A stretch of 64,000 nucleotides of DNA, taken from the NCBI GenBank assembly GCA_944366945.1, contig CALVWJ010000002.1, positions 43,912 to 107,911 on the forward strand, written 5' to 3'. The DNA is from an uncultured Clostridia bacterium (GTDB taxonomy: Bacteria > Bacillota > Clostridia > Christensenellales > CAG-138). The notes below the pieces were generated by a model. That model was given only the letters and a program-made list of their open reading frames with translations, had not been told where the DNA came from and made no database searches. Of the stretch, positions 9,807-19,656 are shown piece by piece. The position numbers and the translations under genes are program-made. Numbering within the stretch: the stretch's first letter is position 1; each line of letters opens with the position of its first letter.

Positions 9807-10523
9807 TCAAGTAAGCGCAAAATCGCAGAGTACTGTTACATCTGGATGCAGCTGCAGAAAACTGGCTGGCACCGCTGGGTCTACTTTTCCATACAGCGCT
9901 TTTTGTACAGCCTCTTTTTTCTGTTCACCCGATGCAAGCAACAAAATATGCCGCGCTTTTAGAATACCGCCCATGCCAAGCGTGATTGCGCGATGCGGCA
10001 CCTCGGAAAGGCTCGAAAAGTTCCGGCTGTTAGCGGCGCGCGTATTTTCAGAAAGAAGCGCCACATGGGTGTTTGCATCCAGCACGGCGCCAGGCTCGTT
10101 AAACCCAATGTGCCCATTTTGGCCGATTCCAAGCAGCTGCAGATCTACCCCGCTCAGCTGCGCATACAAAGAATCATACCGTCTGCATTCAGCCTCCAGA
10201 TCCGCAGCAAGGCCGTCTGGCAGGTGCGTATTTTCACGCTTTATATCAATATGACGGAACAAATGCGTTTCCATAAAGAAACGATAGCTTTGCGGATCGG
10301 CTTCCCCCAGGCCAACATATTCATCGAGGTTGATCGAACACGTTTTTTCAAACGTGATCCGCCTTTGTTGACATGCCATTGCAAGGAATTCATAGGTCCT
10401 TATCGGCGTGCTGCCCGTTGCAAGGCCCAATACGCAAGAAGGCTTTTCCTGCACCATGGCAAGAATGCGTTCCGCAGCAGTGCGGCTGATTTCTTCATAA
10501 TCCTTTTTCTGAATAACTTTCAT
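9807..10523 (-). CDS. nagB: glucosamine-6-phosphate deaminase
   Basis: The 238-aa product contains GLATGSTP and GIGQNGHIGFNEPG. Confidence 0.93.
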   Translation of the reverse strand: MKVIQKKDYEEISRTAAERILAMVQEKPSCVLGLATGSTPIRTYEFLAMACQQRRITFEKTCSINLDEYVGLGEADPQSYRFFMETHLFRHIDIKRENTHLPDGLAADLEAECRRYDSLYAQLSGVDLQLLGIGQNGHIGFNEPGAVLDANTHVALLSENTRAANSRNFSSLSEVPHRAITLGMGGILKARHILLLASGEQKKEAVQKALYGKVDPAVPASFLQLHPDVTVLCDFALT

Positions 10524-10530
10524 ATGTCTC

Positions 10531-11736
10531 CTAAATTCCTGCGCTAGATTTCATCAGCATTCGTTTGACCGTTTCTTCCACCACAATGCAGCTTATGCCA
10601 TAAAGCCCTGCATTGGAGCCCATTTTTGTCAAACGAACCGTTAGGTTTGGTTGAATGGAGCGCGTTAATCGTTTCTGAACAAATTGCATCACGGTTTCAT
10701 AACAGCCGATACAACTTGCAAGCAGATTTCCGCTTAAAATGATCGTATCCGGGTTGTATGCACAGGAAATATCGCTGACCGCAATTGCGATATATTCGCA
10801 TACCTCCTCAAACATTGCCCGCAAACGCGCATCCCCTGCGCGCAAACCTTCATTAATGCTTGAAAGCGACCCATATGCCGGGTCAATGCTTTTTGCGCGC
10901 GAAATCACGGCAGATTCGCTGATTGTGCATTCCAAGCTGCCTTTGTATTCGCATTTTTCCGCATGCATTCCTTCCAGCTGGGCATTGAACCGGCCGATCT
11001 CACCCGCTGCATTACGGCTCCCGCGCAGAAGCCTTCCATCTACGATCGCAGCGCTTCCAACGCCTGCCCAGCCAAGTTTGAGATAAACAATATTTTCCGT
11101 GTTTTCTCCAGCGCAAGAAAGCAGATATTGTTCACCCAGCAGCGCCGCCTTGCAATCGTTTTCTACATAAGCCGGCATGCCCAGCACGCGTTCGAGAATG
11201 CCAACGCCATCCACATCCGCCCACTGGAGCTGGCTGGAAGCAGAGATTCGCCCGTTGGCAAGCACATGCCCGGAAACGCTTACCCCGCAACAGGCTACCT
11301 GTTTGAACGAAACGCCCGCATCGCGGCAAAGCTCCGGCAGCATACCCTTGAGCGCCTCAGCCATCCTCTGAAACGAGGCGCCTGCTGCAATAAAAAGCTC
11401 CCGGTAAGCCACGTTTCTTGCTGCTAAGTTTACAAGCGTTACCTTATTTAGGTTCGGCATCGTATCCACACAGAGGCAATAGGCTGCGTCCGCTCGGACC
11501 TCAAGCAGCGTACCTGGCCGGCCAGACATTCCAGGTGTCGCGGTGATCGCGTGCTCTGTAATTAGCCCGATTCTCTGCAATTCGTTTACAATGCGCGTCA
11601 TGCTGGTCGCGCTTAACCCTGTGCGTTTGGCAAGTGCGGCGCGTGACATCGGGCCTTCCCGCTTGAGGAGGTCAAAAACAAGTTGCAGATTGTGATATTT
11701 CAAGTCTGCCTGCGACCTTGGTTTTTTAGAATCCAT
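10531..11736 (-). CDS. ROK-family transcriptional regulator
   Basis: An N-terminal wHTH (MSRAALAKRTGLSATSMTRIVNELQ) is followed by a ROK sugar-kinase-like fold. The ATG at 11734-11736 follows GGAGGA. Confidence 0.88.
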   Translation of the reverse strand: MDSKKPRSQADLKYHNLQLVFDLLKREGPMSRAALAKRTGLSATSMTRIVNELQRIGLITEHAITATPGMSGRPGTLLEVRADAAYCLCVDTMPNLNKVTLVNLAARNVAYRELFIAAGASFQRMAEALKGMLPELCRDAGVSFKQVACCGVSVSGHVLANGRISASSQLQWADVDGVGILERVLGMPAYVENDCKAALLGEQYLLSCAGENTENIVYLKLGWAGVGSAAIVDGRLLRGSRNAAGEIGRFNAQLEGMHAEKCEYKGSLECTISESAVISRAKSIDPAYGSLSSINEGLRAGDARLRAMFEEVCEYIAIAVSDISCAYNPDTIILSGNLLASCIGCYETVMQFVQKRLTRSIQPNLTVRLTKMGSNAGLYGISCIVVEETVKRMLMKSSAGI

Positions 11737-12021
11737 CGCTTCCTCCATCCGCTTTCTTGTTTTGCACAAACAAGGCCGTATACCGCATCCCTATTCAAGG
11801 CTGCATGCAGCGAATGAGCCAATTTTAAGAGTTATGTACGTTGTTTGTTTCTCTTTGGAATAAAATCGCGGTCTTTTGTTCCCCGGCCTGCTATGCCCAT
11901 CCTTTGAAAGCCCTGCCATCCCACTAAATTATAGCATGTACTGTATCCGTTTTTCCAGCGTTCTGTTCAAGTAAAAGCATGTTTTGTCGAGGTCGAAGTT
12001 CCCCAAATGTTGTCTTGGCTT

Positions 12022-13110
12022 TCAAACGTGGTTCTTGGGGTCGGCAGCATCGGAGAATGCATTCCCGATAATATAAAATGCAATCGTTATAAACGCCGCA
12101 ACCGCCGCAGGGAAGATCAGCTGGTACCGCAGCTCCTTCTGCATCATAAGCACGCGCCCATCTTCTACTAGATTTCCAAGCGACGCTTGCGAGGTAGGAA
12201 GGCCCAACCCAATGTAGGTTAAGAACACCTCATCGCCGATCGCACCAGGAATTGCAAGCGCCGTTTGCAGCATAATGACGGAAACCATCTGGGGCAACAG
12301 GTTTTTCACCATGATGCGCAGGGTGCTGGTGCCCAGGCAGCGTGAAGCCAGGTTAAAATCACGATCCCGGAAAATCACAACTTGATTGCGGATAAACCGC
12401 GCCATCGCCATCCATCCCACCACGCACATGGAAAGGATGATCGTTGTAATGCCCGGCCGCAGAATGTAGCTGACCAGAATAAGGATGAGCGTTTGCGGCA
12501 CATTGCTGATGATGTTGTAAACTTCGGTCATGACCTTATCCACCTTGCGCACATAGCCCCAGATCATACCAATTATTACGCCTACCACAAGGTCGCTCAG
12601 TGCCACCACCAGCCCAATGAATACGGAAACACGGGTTCCAGCCCAAACGCGTGCCCAAAGATCCTGGCCGATTGCATTGGTTCCAAACCAATATTCTGCG
12701 CAGGGTGCAAGGTTCATAAGCTGGATTCCTGTTTCTGGGTCGTTATTGATCGTCACCGGATCATGTTGTCCTGGAAAGAGGGGCTGCAAAAACGCAAAAA
12801 GCAACACAACCAGCAACGAGATGATCAGCACGCGCGCAACTTTGTTGCGCCAGAAATTCTGGAATGTGCTTGCCCAATAAGAATAGTTGGAATAGCTTAC
12901 GCGCTCCGCTTCCTGCTCGTCAAACTCAGCGAATGCAAAAAGCGCGGGATCAAGTGCTGCGATTTCCTCCGATGTGAGATCGGATGGTTCTTCACCGCCC
13001 CCCTGCCTCATGCGTTCTGCTTCTTCACGGGCAAGGCCTTCCTGGATATGCGCATCGAGTTCGCTGATGCGGCGCATTGGGCGGTTAAACAGCCATTTTT
13101 TAGCAGCCAT
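12022..13110 (-). CDS. ABC transporter permease, OppC/DppC type
   Basis: The 362-aa product has multiple TM segments. It is coupled to the upstream permease through an ATGA start/stop overlap. Confidence 0.9.
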   Translation of the reverse strand: MAAKKWLFNRPMRRISELDAHIQEGLAREEAERMRQGGGEEPSDLTSEEIAALDPALFAFAEFDEQEAERVSYSNYSYWASTFQNFWRNKVARVLIISLLVVLLFAFLQPLFPGQHDPVTINNDPETGIQLMNLAPCAEYWFGTNAIGQDLWARVWAGTRVSVFIGLVVALSDLVVGVIIGMIWGYVRKVDKVMTEVYNIISNVPQTLILILVSYILRPGITTIILSMCVVGWMAMARFIRNQVVIFRDRDFNLASRCLGTSTLRIMVKNLLPQMVSVIMLQTALAIPGAIGDEVFLTYIGLGLPTSQASLGNLVEDGRVLMMQKELRYQLIFPAAVAAFITIAFYIIGNAFSDAADPKNHV

Positions 13111-14054
13111 CAGCGATCATCCCCTTTCTTCACAAATCTGATGCGCGGATCGAGCACTGCCATCAAGATATCCCCCAGGAACATGCCGATAATGCCGATT
13201 GCAGCATAAAGCAGCACAAGGGTTTGCACCATAGTATTATCCTGCCGCTGAATCACATCAATGAGAAGGCCGCCTGTGCCTGGGATAGAATAAAGATGTT
13301 CTACATAAATGGAACCGATGATCGTAGAGAGCACGGAGCCCGGCAAGAACTGCGCCATCGGCACGAATGCATTTTTAAAGATATGTCGGAACATCAACCT
13401 GCTACTACGCACGCCTTTTGCGCGCGCGAGCTTCACATAATCCATGTTGATGTTATCGATCATGTAGCGGCGCATCCACATCGCATAGGTACAAATGCTA
13501 AGCAGAGAAATCGACAGGATCGGCAAGATCCAAGTGGATGGCCGGTTTTTATCAAAAAGTAGTGAAAGTTTAAACCAACTTGAAAAATACAGTTGCACAA
13601 ACAACATCAGCACCGCCGTCGGCAGCGCCTCAACGATTGCAATAAACGCGGTGCCGATTTTATCCCCCAGCTTGCCCTTAAAGCAAGCCATCATCGCGCC
13701 CAGCGGAATGCCGGCGACTAGCGAAAACGCCATGGAGATCAATCCGATTTTTAGGGAGTATGGAATCTTGGATTCAAGGATTTTTACAATTGGGTAATTT
13801 GGCCTATAAATCCACGATTTTCCAAGATCGCCTTTTAATAGGTTTTTGTAAAAATCTACAAGCTGCACCAGAATGGGTTTATCCAGCCCTTTTTCTGCGA
13901 GCAGGCTGGCGCGCGTTTCCTCGCTAAGCTTATCGTATTCCGCTCCGAAATACCCTTCCATCGGCATCATCCGTAGCAAAAGGAAGATCAAAGTAATTAC
14001 AATAAATAGCGATGCAATGGCGCCAAGCGTGCGTTTTACAATATATCCGAGCAT
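13110..14054 (-). CDS. ABC transporter permease, OppB/DppB type
   Basis: MLGYIVKRTLGAIASLFIVITLIFLL is the canonical OppB N-terminus. Confidence 0.92.
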   Translation of the reverse strand: MLGYIVKRTLGAIASLFIVITLIFLLLRMMPMEGYFGAEYDKLSEETRASLLAEKGLDKPILVQLVDFYKNLLKGDLGKSWIYRPNYPIVKILESKIPYSLKIGLISMAFSLVAGIPLGAMMACFKGKLGDKIGTAFIAIVEALPTAVLMLFVQLYFSSWFKLSLLFDKNRPSTWILPILSISLLSICTYAMWMRRYMIDNINMDYVKLARAKGVRSSRLMFRHIFKNAFVPMAQFLPGSVLSTIIGSIYVEHLYSIPGTGGLLIDVIQRQDNTMVQTLVLLYAAIGIIGMFLGDILMAVLDPRIRFVKKGDDR

Positions 14055-14225
14055 TTTGCATCATTGCGGCCCGCCTGCGCGCTTGGCCGCAGCTCCTTTC
14101 CCCTTTTTCGACCATGCCGATTGATTCAGTGCGCAGCTTGATCCAGCGCAAGTATCCCGGCATAAGTTCGGGCGTGGAGCAAACGTGCTCCGCGCCCGGA
14201 TCGTTCAGCCCACTGGGCTTCTGAC

Positions 14226-16217
14226 TTATTCCGCCGCCGCAAGCGCAGCTTCGCGGTCCAGTTTCCATTGGGCATACTGTTCCTGATATTCATCAAGGCT
14301 CATAGCTTCCTTGAGCACATGCTTTCCCTTATAGCGCCAGACCGAAACGCCGAACGAGGAATACTCCCCATCGAACACGGTAAGCTTGCTTGCAACATAA
14401 CCATTGGAGAACACGCGGAACGGGATCACGATACCCTCGTTAATCAGCCAGGCTTCCGCCTTTGCAAACAGCTCGTAACGCTTTGCAAGATCCACTTTCT
14501 CCGCAGTGGCTTCCTGGATCATCTTGTCATAGATCTGCTGTTCCTGGCCAATGTATTCGGGATCATCGATTACGCCATTATCATAATCTTCTTGAGTGTA
14601 AACATAACCCGTCAAGTATTCTTCCTGCGTGCACATGGAGCGGTTGTTGTAGCTCCAGCTCAAACCCCACGGATCCGCATAGGTAACCGGGTCAGCATAG
14701 TCGGGGCCCCATCCTTCTTCCATGAGCCCATATTTGCCTGCGCTACGCACTTCTGTGATGTAGTTATTGGCAGGGCCGGCGATGGTCACGATGTCGATGT
14801 AATCCGTGCCGAGCAAGCCTTCAAGCTGTTGCTCTACAACCTGCGCAACAAGATCTTGATTCGCCTGGTCTACGCGGTAGTAATACGGGAACACAATCGG
14901 GAACGTGCAGCCAGCTTCCGTCAGTTCAGCAATAGCCTGCTCCTTATATTGCAGGGCCGTGTCACTCTGGAACCAATCCTGTTCCGTAATAGCCTTGAGC
15001 TCGCCGGTCATGGTGTATTCTTCACCATCCACCGCAACGAAGTTCGGAGGGGTAATCGTGTTGATCAAGTATTCTTCCGGGCTATAGGGATCATAGCAGG
15101 TCATTGCCTTGACCCGGTCAAGCCCATAAACGATGGAAAGACGGAATGCCCGGTTGTTGACTGCGAGTTTGAAGTTTTCACTATCATACGGTTCATCAAA
15201 GTGCGGATCAAAATCAAAGAACCACCACATCGCATCATAGGTTGGGCGGTTGGGGCGGACGATCTGGTTCGTTTCCGGATCGTTCATCCAGCTATCCAAG
15301 ATCTCAACGGGGATTTGAGCCTCGTCGATCTCGCCGCGCAGATACATTTCGGGTGCAAGCGCTTCGGCCTCAGCATTGTATTTACCCGCTACCGTTTTGA
15401 TGAAAACGTTGGCACGATCCCAGTAATTATCGTTGCGCTCCATCACAAGCTCGCTCTGCGGCTCCCAGCTGGTGCAATAATATGCGCCATTGTACAGGAT
15501 GCTATCATTGGAAGTGCCATAATACTCCCCACACTCTTCCGCAAACGCACGGTTTGCAGGCATGAATGCCACATAGGTCAGCATGGACAAGAAGTAAGGG
15601 CAGGTGTCCTTGAGGGTGTATTGAAGGGTATAAGGATCAATAGCCTTCACGCCCACCTCAGAAAAGTCGGTGATCGTGCCGTCAAAATACTCCCTGGCAT
15701 TTTTGATAACGCTGCAAACGGTGTCCACGTTGGAGGATTCATTCGCTGGATTCAAGATCCATTCAAGCCCAAACACGAAGTCATCCGCCGTCGTTTCAGC
15801 ATACTCTTCCAATTCATAGGTATACCACTTTACGCCTTCGCGCAGCTTGAGCGTCCATACAAGCCCGTCGTCAGAAACGCTCCATTCCGTTGCAAGGCAG
15901 GGTTTGACCACGCCGTACTGATCGTATTCGATCAGCGTGTCTACAAAGTTCGCCGCCGGCTTAAAGTCTGCCGTGGTTCCAGTTTTCAAATAGTTCATCG
16001 TGCCAATTTCAGATGCATACAGATAACGGAACGTTGCATCTTCCACATAGGGGCTTTCTTCCGGGTTCGCCGGGTCGGTTTCATCTGGCGTACTTGGCGC
16101 AGCTGATGGATCCGGCTCAGTTGCAGGCGGCGTAGGTTCGCTGCTGCCTGGCACGGCACACCCTACAACGCTGAGGAGCATTGCAAGGCAGAGCGTGAAC
16201 AAAAGGATTCTTTTCAT
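14226..16217 (-). CDS. ABC transporter substrate-binding lipoprotein, family 5 (peptide/oligosaccharide)
   Basis: MKRILLFTLCLAMLLSVVGC carries a lipobox. The large SBP_bac_5-like body is Trp/Tyr-rich. The ATG at 16215-16217 follows GGAGAGGAAG. Confidence 0.9.
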   Translation of the reverse strand: MKRILLFTLCLAMLLSVVGCAVPGSSEPTPPATEPDPSAAPSTPDETDPANPEESPYVEDATFRYLYASEIGTMNYLKTGTTADFKPAANFVDTLIEYDQYGVVKPCLATEWSVSDDGLVWTLKLREGVKWYTYELEEYAETTADDFVFGLEWILNPANESSNVDTVCSVIKNAREYFDGTITDFSEVGVKAIDPYTLQYTLKDTCPYFLSMLTYVAFMPANRAFAEECGEYYGTSNDSILYNGAYYCTSWEPQSELVMERNDNYWDRANVFIKTVAGKYNAEAEALAPEMYLRGEIDEAQIPVEILDSWMNDPETNQIVRPNRPTYDAMWWFFDFDPHFDEPYDSENFKLAVNNRAFRLSIVYGLDRVKAMTCYDPYSPEEYLINTITPPNFVAVDGEEYTMTGELKAITEQDWFQSDTALQYKEQAIAELTEAGCTFPIVFPYYYRVDQANQDLVAQVVEQQLEGLLGTDYIDIVTIAGPANNYITEVRSAGKYGLMEEGWGPDYADPVTYADPWGLSWSYNNRSMCTQEEYLTGYVYTQEDYDNGVIDDPEYIGQEQQIYDKMIQEATAEKVDLAKRYELFAKAEAWLINEGIVIPFRVFSNGYVASKLTVFDGEYSSFGVSVWRYKGKHVLKEAMSLDEYQEQYAQWKLDREAALAAAE

Positions 16218-16330
16218 GGTTCTTCCTCTCCTACCTTTTAATCTTAGGGTCTCCGAGCGGATTTTGATCCGCAAAATGATGTTTTTGGTAGCGCGTTTTG
16301 TTTTTCAATTTCTAATGCCATGTTAGTATT

Positions 16331-16359
16331 ATAGTAGCACCGTTCTTCTTTTTTGTCAA
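16331..16359 (-). promoter_or_regulatory. sigma-A-type promoter for the SBP-permease operon
   Basis: The minus strand reads TTGACA, a 17-nt spacer, then TACTAT (immediately followed by AAT). Confidence 0.55.
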
Positions 16360-16472
16360 TTCACAATAAATTCTATTTAATAACATGATGTAATATTATA
16401 AGGATCCTCATTTTTCCCTTGCATCCAGAAATTGGAATACTGCCTTGAGGAACTGCACGGCGGCGTAGCAAA

Positions 16473-16495
16473 TGGCGCAGGCAATGCCTGCGCCA
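16473..16495 (-). terminator. hairpin downstream of proS
   Basis: It is a perfect 10-bp stem TGGCGCAGGC/GCCTGCGCCA with a 3-nt loop. The U-tract on the minus strand is weak. Confidence 0.5.
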
Positions 16496-16508
16496 TAATC
16501 GGTTTTGT

Positions 16509-18236
16509 TTATTCAGCCTTGCATGCTGCAAGGAGTTCATCCCGCAACGCAACGATGCGCTCCACTGCATCCGCTACCGGCACCTTCTCTGAAATCCGTT
16601 TGTCCCGCGTAGCGAGTTCAATGCAGCCATCCTTCAAGTTGCGTGGACTTGCAATCACGCGCACAGGCACGCCGAGCAGATCTGCATCCGAAAACATCAC
16701 ACCTGCGCTGACAGCACGATCATCATAGATGACCTCCACCCCTCGCGCCTGCAGCGCCGCATAGAGCGAATCCGCATAAGCATGCACCTCCACATTGTCT
16801 GCACGCATGCAGCAAAGGTGTACCTGCCAGGGGGCAATGGACATCGGCCAGATGGGGCCGTAATCGTCATGATGCGCTTCGCACACGGAAGCCGCCAGGC
16901 GGCCTACACCGATGCCATAGCATCCCATGATGGGATATTGCAGCTGCCCATTCTGATCAAGATACTGCATCCCCATGGATTTGGTATATTTCGTGCCAAG
17001 CTGGAAAATGTTTCCGACTTCGATACCGCGCGAAACGCTGAGCGCATGTTTCCCGCATTTCGGGCAGATGCCTCCTTGCTTCACTTTCGAAAAATCGTGG
17101 AATGCCACGCCCGGCAGATCCCGTTCAAAGCAGAACCCCGTGTAGTGGTATTCCTCCCGATTTGCACCACAGCAAAGGTTATTCGTGCCGGCAAGCGAAA
17201 CGTCAAACAGCGCAGTCACGCCTGCAGGGAGCCCAAGCGGCCCAATGTAGCCGGCGGCAATACGGCTTTCCGGCGTAATCACCGCCGGGTGGATCGCTTC
17301 GCCCAGGAAGTTAGTGAGTTTCGTTTCGTTGGCCTCGAGATCTCCACGCAAGAACAGCACCACATATTCATCCGTCGCATTTTTCTGGTAGACGACCGCC
17401 TTGCAGGATTTCTCCACCGGCAGTTTCAAGAAATTGCAAACGTCTTCGATGGTCTGCTGCCCTGGCGTATGCACCTGCGTGAGCGGTGCATCCTCCGCGT
17501 CCTTTTCATTTTCCAGGATGCTTTCCGCAGCTTCCATGTTAGCCCGCCAGCCGCATTCCGGGCAGGTGACGATCGTATCCTCACCCACGGGGGTCAAAAG
17601 CATGTATTCATGGGAAACGCTGCCGCCCATCATGCCGGAATCGGAAAGCACTGCCACGGTTTCCGGGATGCCGGCGCGCGCGAAAATGCGCTCATAGGCG
17701 TGATAGCAGCGGGCATAATACCGTTCAAGATCCTCCTGTGAAGTATGGAAGGAGTACGCATCCTTCATGGTGAATTCGCGCACGCGAATCAGCCCTGCGC
17801 GCGGGCGGGCTTCATCGCGGAATTTGGTCTGGATCTGGTAGATCATAAACGGGTATTTCGTGTAGCTCTGGCCATATTCCCGCACAAGCTGCACAGCCGC
17901 CTCCTCATGCGTCATGCCAAGCACCATCGGGCTTCCGTTGCGATCGCTCAAGCGCATCAGCTCGCTGCCTACGCTCTGATACCGGCCCGATTCCTCCCAC
18001 AGGGAAGCTGGCAGCACGACCGGGAATTGAACCTCCTGGCCATCAATTGCATCCATCTCCTCGCGGATAATGGCCTCGATCTTGCGCGTAATGCGGCGGA
18101 GCGGCATAAACGAAGAAAAAATCCCGTTGGCAACATATTTCATGTAGCCGCCACGCAGCATTAACGCATGGCTGTCAATTACGCAATCGGACGGGCGCTC
18201 TTTGAACCTGTCCCCCACAAGGCGTTCAAGCTTCAT
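16509..18236 (-). CDS. proS: proline--tRNA ligase
   Basis: This is a 575-aa bacterial-type ProRS with an editing-domain insertion. The N-terminus is MKLERLVGDRFKERP. Confidence 0.95.
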   Translation of the reverse strand: MKLERLVGDRFKERPSDCVIDSHALMLRGGYMKYVANGIFSSFMPLRRITRKIEAIIREEMDAIDGQEVQFPVVLPASLWEESGRYQSVGSELMRLSDRNGSPMVLGMTHEEAAVQLVREYGQSYTKYPFMIYQIQTKFRDEARPRAGLIRVREFTMKDAYSFHTSQEDLERYYARCYHAYERIFARAGIPETVAVLSDSGMMGGSVSHEYMLLTPVGEDTIVTCPECGWRANMEAAESILENEKDAEDAPLTQVHTPGQQTIEDVCNFLKLPVEKSCKAVVYQKNATDEYVVLFLRGDLEANETKLTNFLGEAIHPAVITPESRIAAGYIGPLGLPAGVTALFDVSLAGTNNLCCGANREEYHYTGFCFERDLPGVAFHDFSKVKQGGICPKCGKHALSVSRGIEVGNIFQLGTKYTKSMGMQYLDQNGQLQYPIMGCYGIGVGRLAASVCEAHHDDYGPIWPMSIAPWQVHLCCMRADNVEVHAYADSLYAALQARGVEVIYDDRAVSAGVMFSDADLLGVPVRVIASPRNLKDGCIELATRDKRISEKVPVADAVERIVALRDELLAACKAE

Positions 18237-18298
18237 AACAATTACCTCCGCAATGTGCGGTGCCCGCCGGCAACCGCGCCTGTTTCTTTATCCGATTT

Positions 18299-18327
18299 AT
18301 TGTAGCAAACCCTGTGGAAAGTGGCAA
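18299..18327 (-). promoter_or_regulatory. sigma-A-type promoter upstream of proS
   Basis: The minus strand reads TTGCCA, a 17-nt spacer, then TACAAT. Confidence 0.45.
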
Positions 18328-18450
18328 CGCTTATTTCACAAAATCTGCATTGCTTCTATAAATGCGCGTGTAAAAAAGAATGTTTGCTGTTGGCGCGCAC
18401 ATATGATATGATGTATGCGCAATTTTTGTCCAACAATGGGGGTAAAGATT

Positions 18451-19329
18451 ATGAATGCATCTGTGAGTAAACGGAAATCCGTTGGAATTTCCCTTCTGGT
18501 TATCGGTATCGTATTCATCGTGCTCGGCCTTATCTCCTTATTCAACGTGCTGCGCGATCTGAATAAGTTTGAAACGGAGGGAACGCGGAATTTCAACCTG
18601 CTCAGCCCAGCCGAGCTTTCCGAAGAGCCTTATGTGGAAGGCCGGGTGGAATTCGTTTTTGAGGTATTTGCAGAGGAATACACCACCAATTATGGCGTAC
18701 GCACCTCCGATGCAAGCGATAAGCTGTATTACCTCATCCCGCTCGTTTCCGATGGCTACATTGAAAATTTCGTCACGCTGGAAGCCACACCCCGCTACTA
18801 TGATACGCTGGACCAGATTTACGACGAAACCTGGGATCCAGAACTCCCCGAAGTTTATACGGAACTCTACCTGGAAGATGCCAGGGTTAAGCATCTCCCT
18901 TCCGACATTGAAGATATCCTCTATGATTGGTGCGAAACTGGAGAGTTTTATCAAAACGGAAGCTTTGTGGATTGGTGCATTGAATCCGACTTTTTTGGCA
19001 CAAGCGACCCGGAGGTGATCCTCGCTTCCGTGCTCCCCTATATGATTGTGCCGGACAGCAAGCCTGGAAGCATCGGCATTTCCGTCGGTGTTGTCATGCT
19101 GGGTATCGGCTTAATTCTGCTTCTTATCGCTATCGTGCGGATAAAGAAAGCCAAGCATACGCCTGCAGCGCAAGCCTCAGAAGATGGCGCTTCCCCATAT
19201 TTTGATGCGCAAGCGCCTGCGGCTTCTACCAATTCCTCAAAGTTCTGCCCGCATTGCGGCACGCCGCTGGAGGATAACGCGCATTTTTGCCCTTCCTGCG
19301 GCGCTAAGGTAGACGATATTACCCAGTAA
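18451..19329 (+). CDS. membrane protein with a C-terminal zinc-ribbon
   Basis: It has an N-terminal TM segment, a second TM near residue 220, and a C-terminal CPHCGTPLEDNAHFCPSCG. GGGGGT precedes the ATG at 18451. Confidence 0.7.
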   Translation: MNASVSKRKSVGISLLVIGIVFIVLGLISLFNVLRDLNKFETEGTRNFNLLSPAELSEEPYVEGRVEFVFEVFAEEYTTNYGVRTSDASDKLYYLIPLVSDGYIENFVTLEATPRYYDTLDQIYDETWDPELPEVYTELYLEDARVKHLPSDIEDILYDWCETGEFYQNGSFVDWCIESDFFGTSDPEVILASVLPYMIVPDSKPGSIGISVGVVMLGIGLILLLIAIVRIKKAKHTPAAQASEDGASPYFDAQAPAASTNSSKFCPHCGTPLEDNAHFCPSCGAKVDDITQ

Positions 19330-19352
19330 CTTAACTTCACATTTGTTCCTAA

Positions 19353-19379
19353 CCCCGGGCGGCAATGCCCGGGGTTTTG
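19353..19379 (+). terminator. intrinsic terminator
   Basis: The stem is CCCCGGGC/GCCCGGGG, followed by TTTT. Confidence 0.85.
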
Positions 19380-19656
19380 GCGTTAGAAAACCGCTCGTAT
19401 GACTTTTATAGGTCTACAGGGCAGTATATGCAAACTCCTGTATACGAGGTTTATGGATGACCCAAACGGCATATCCACCCGATGACCCTTGGGATCATTA
19501 ATTCAGCACTTTAAATGCATGAATTCATGGCTGCCTATGCCCTATGCAGTGCAATCGCACACTTTGATTGTTGTGCGGTTGTTTTTTTCTTTTCCCCATG
19601 GTATCATGAATAGCATTCCATTCAAAAAATCCATTTTAGAAAGCTGGTATCCAATC

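Noticed and set aside
18237-18414. An expected T-box upstream of proS.
   Set aside because: No GGTGGTACC-type T-box sequence or terminator/antiterminator pair is present. Only a plausible promoter was found.
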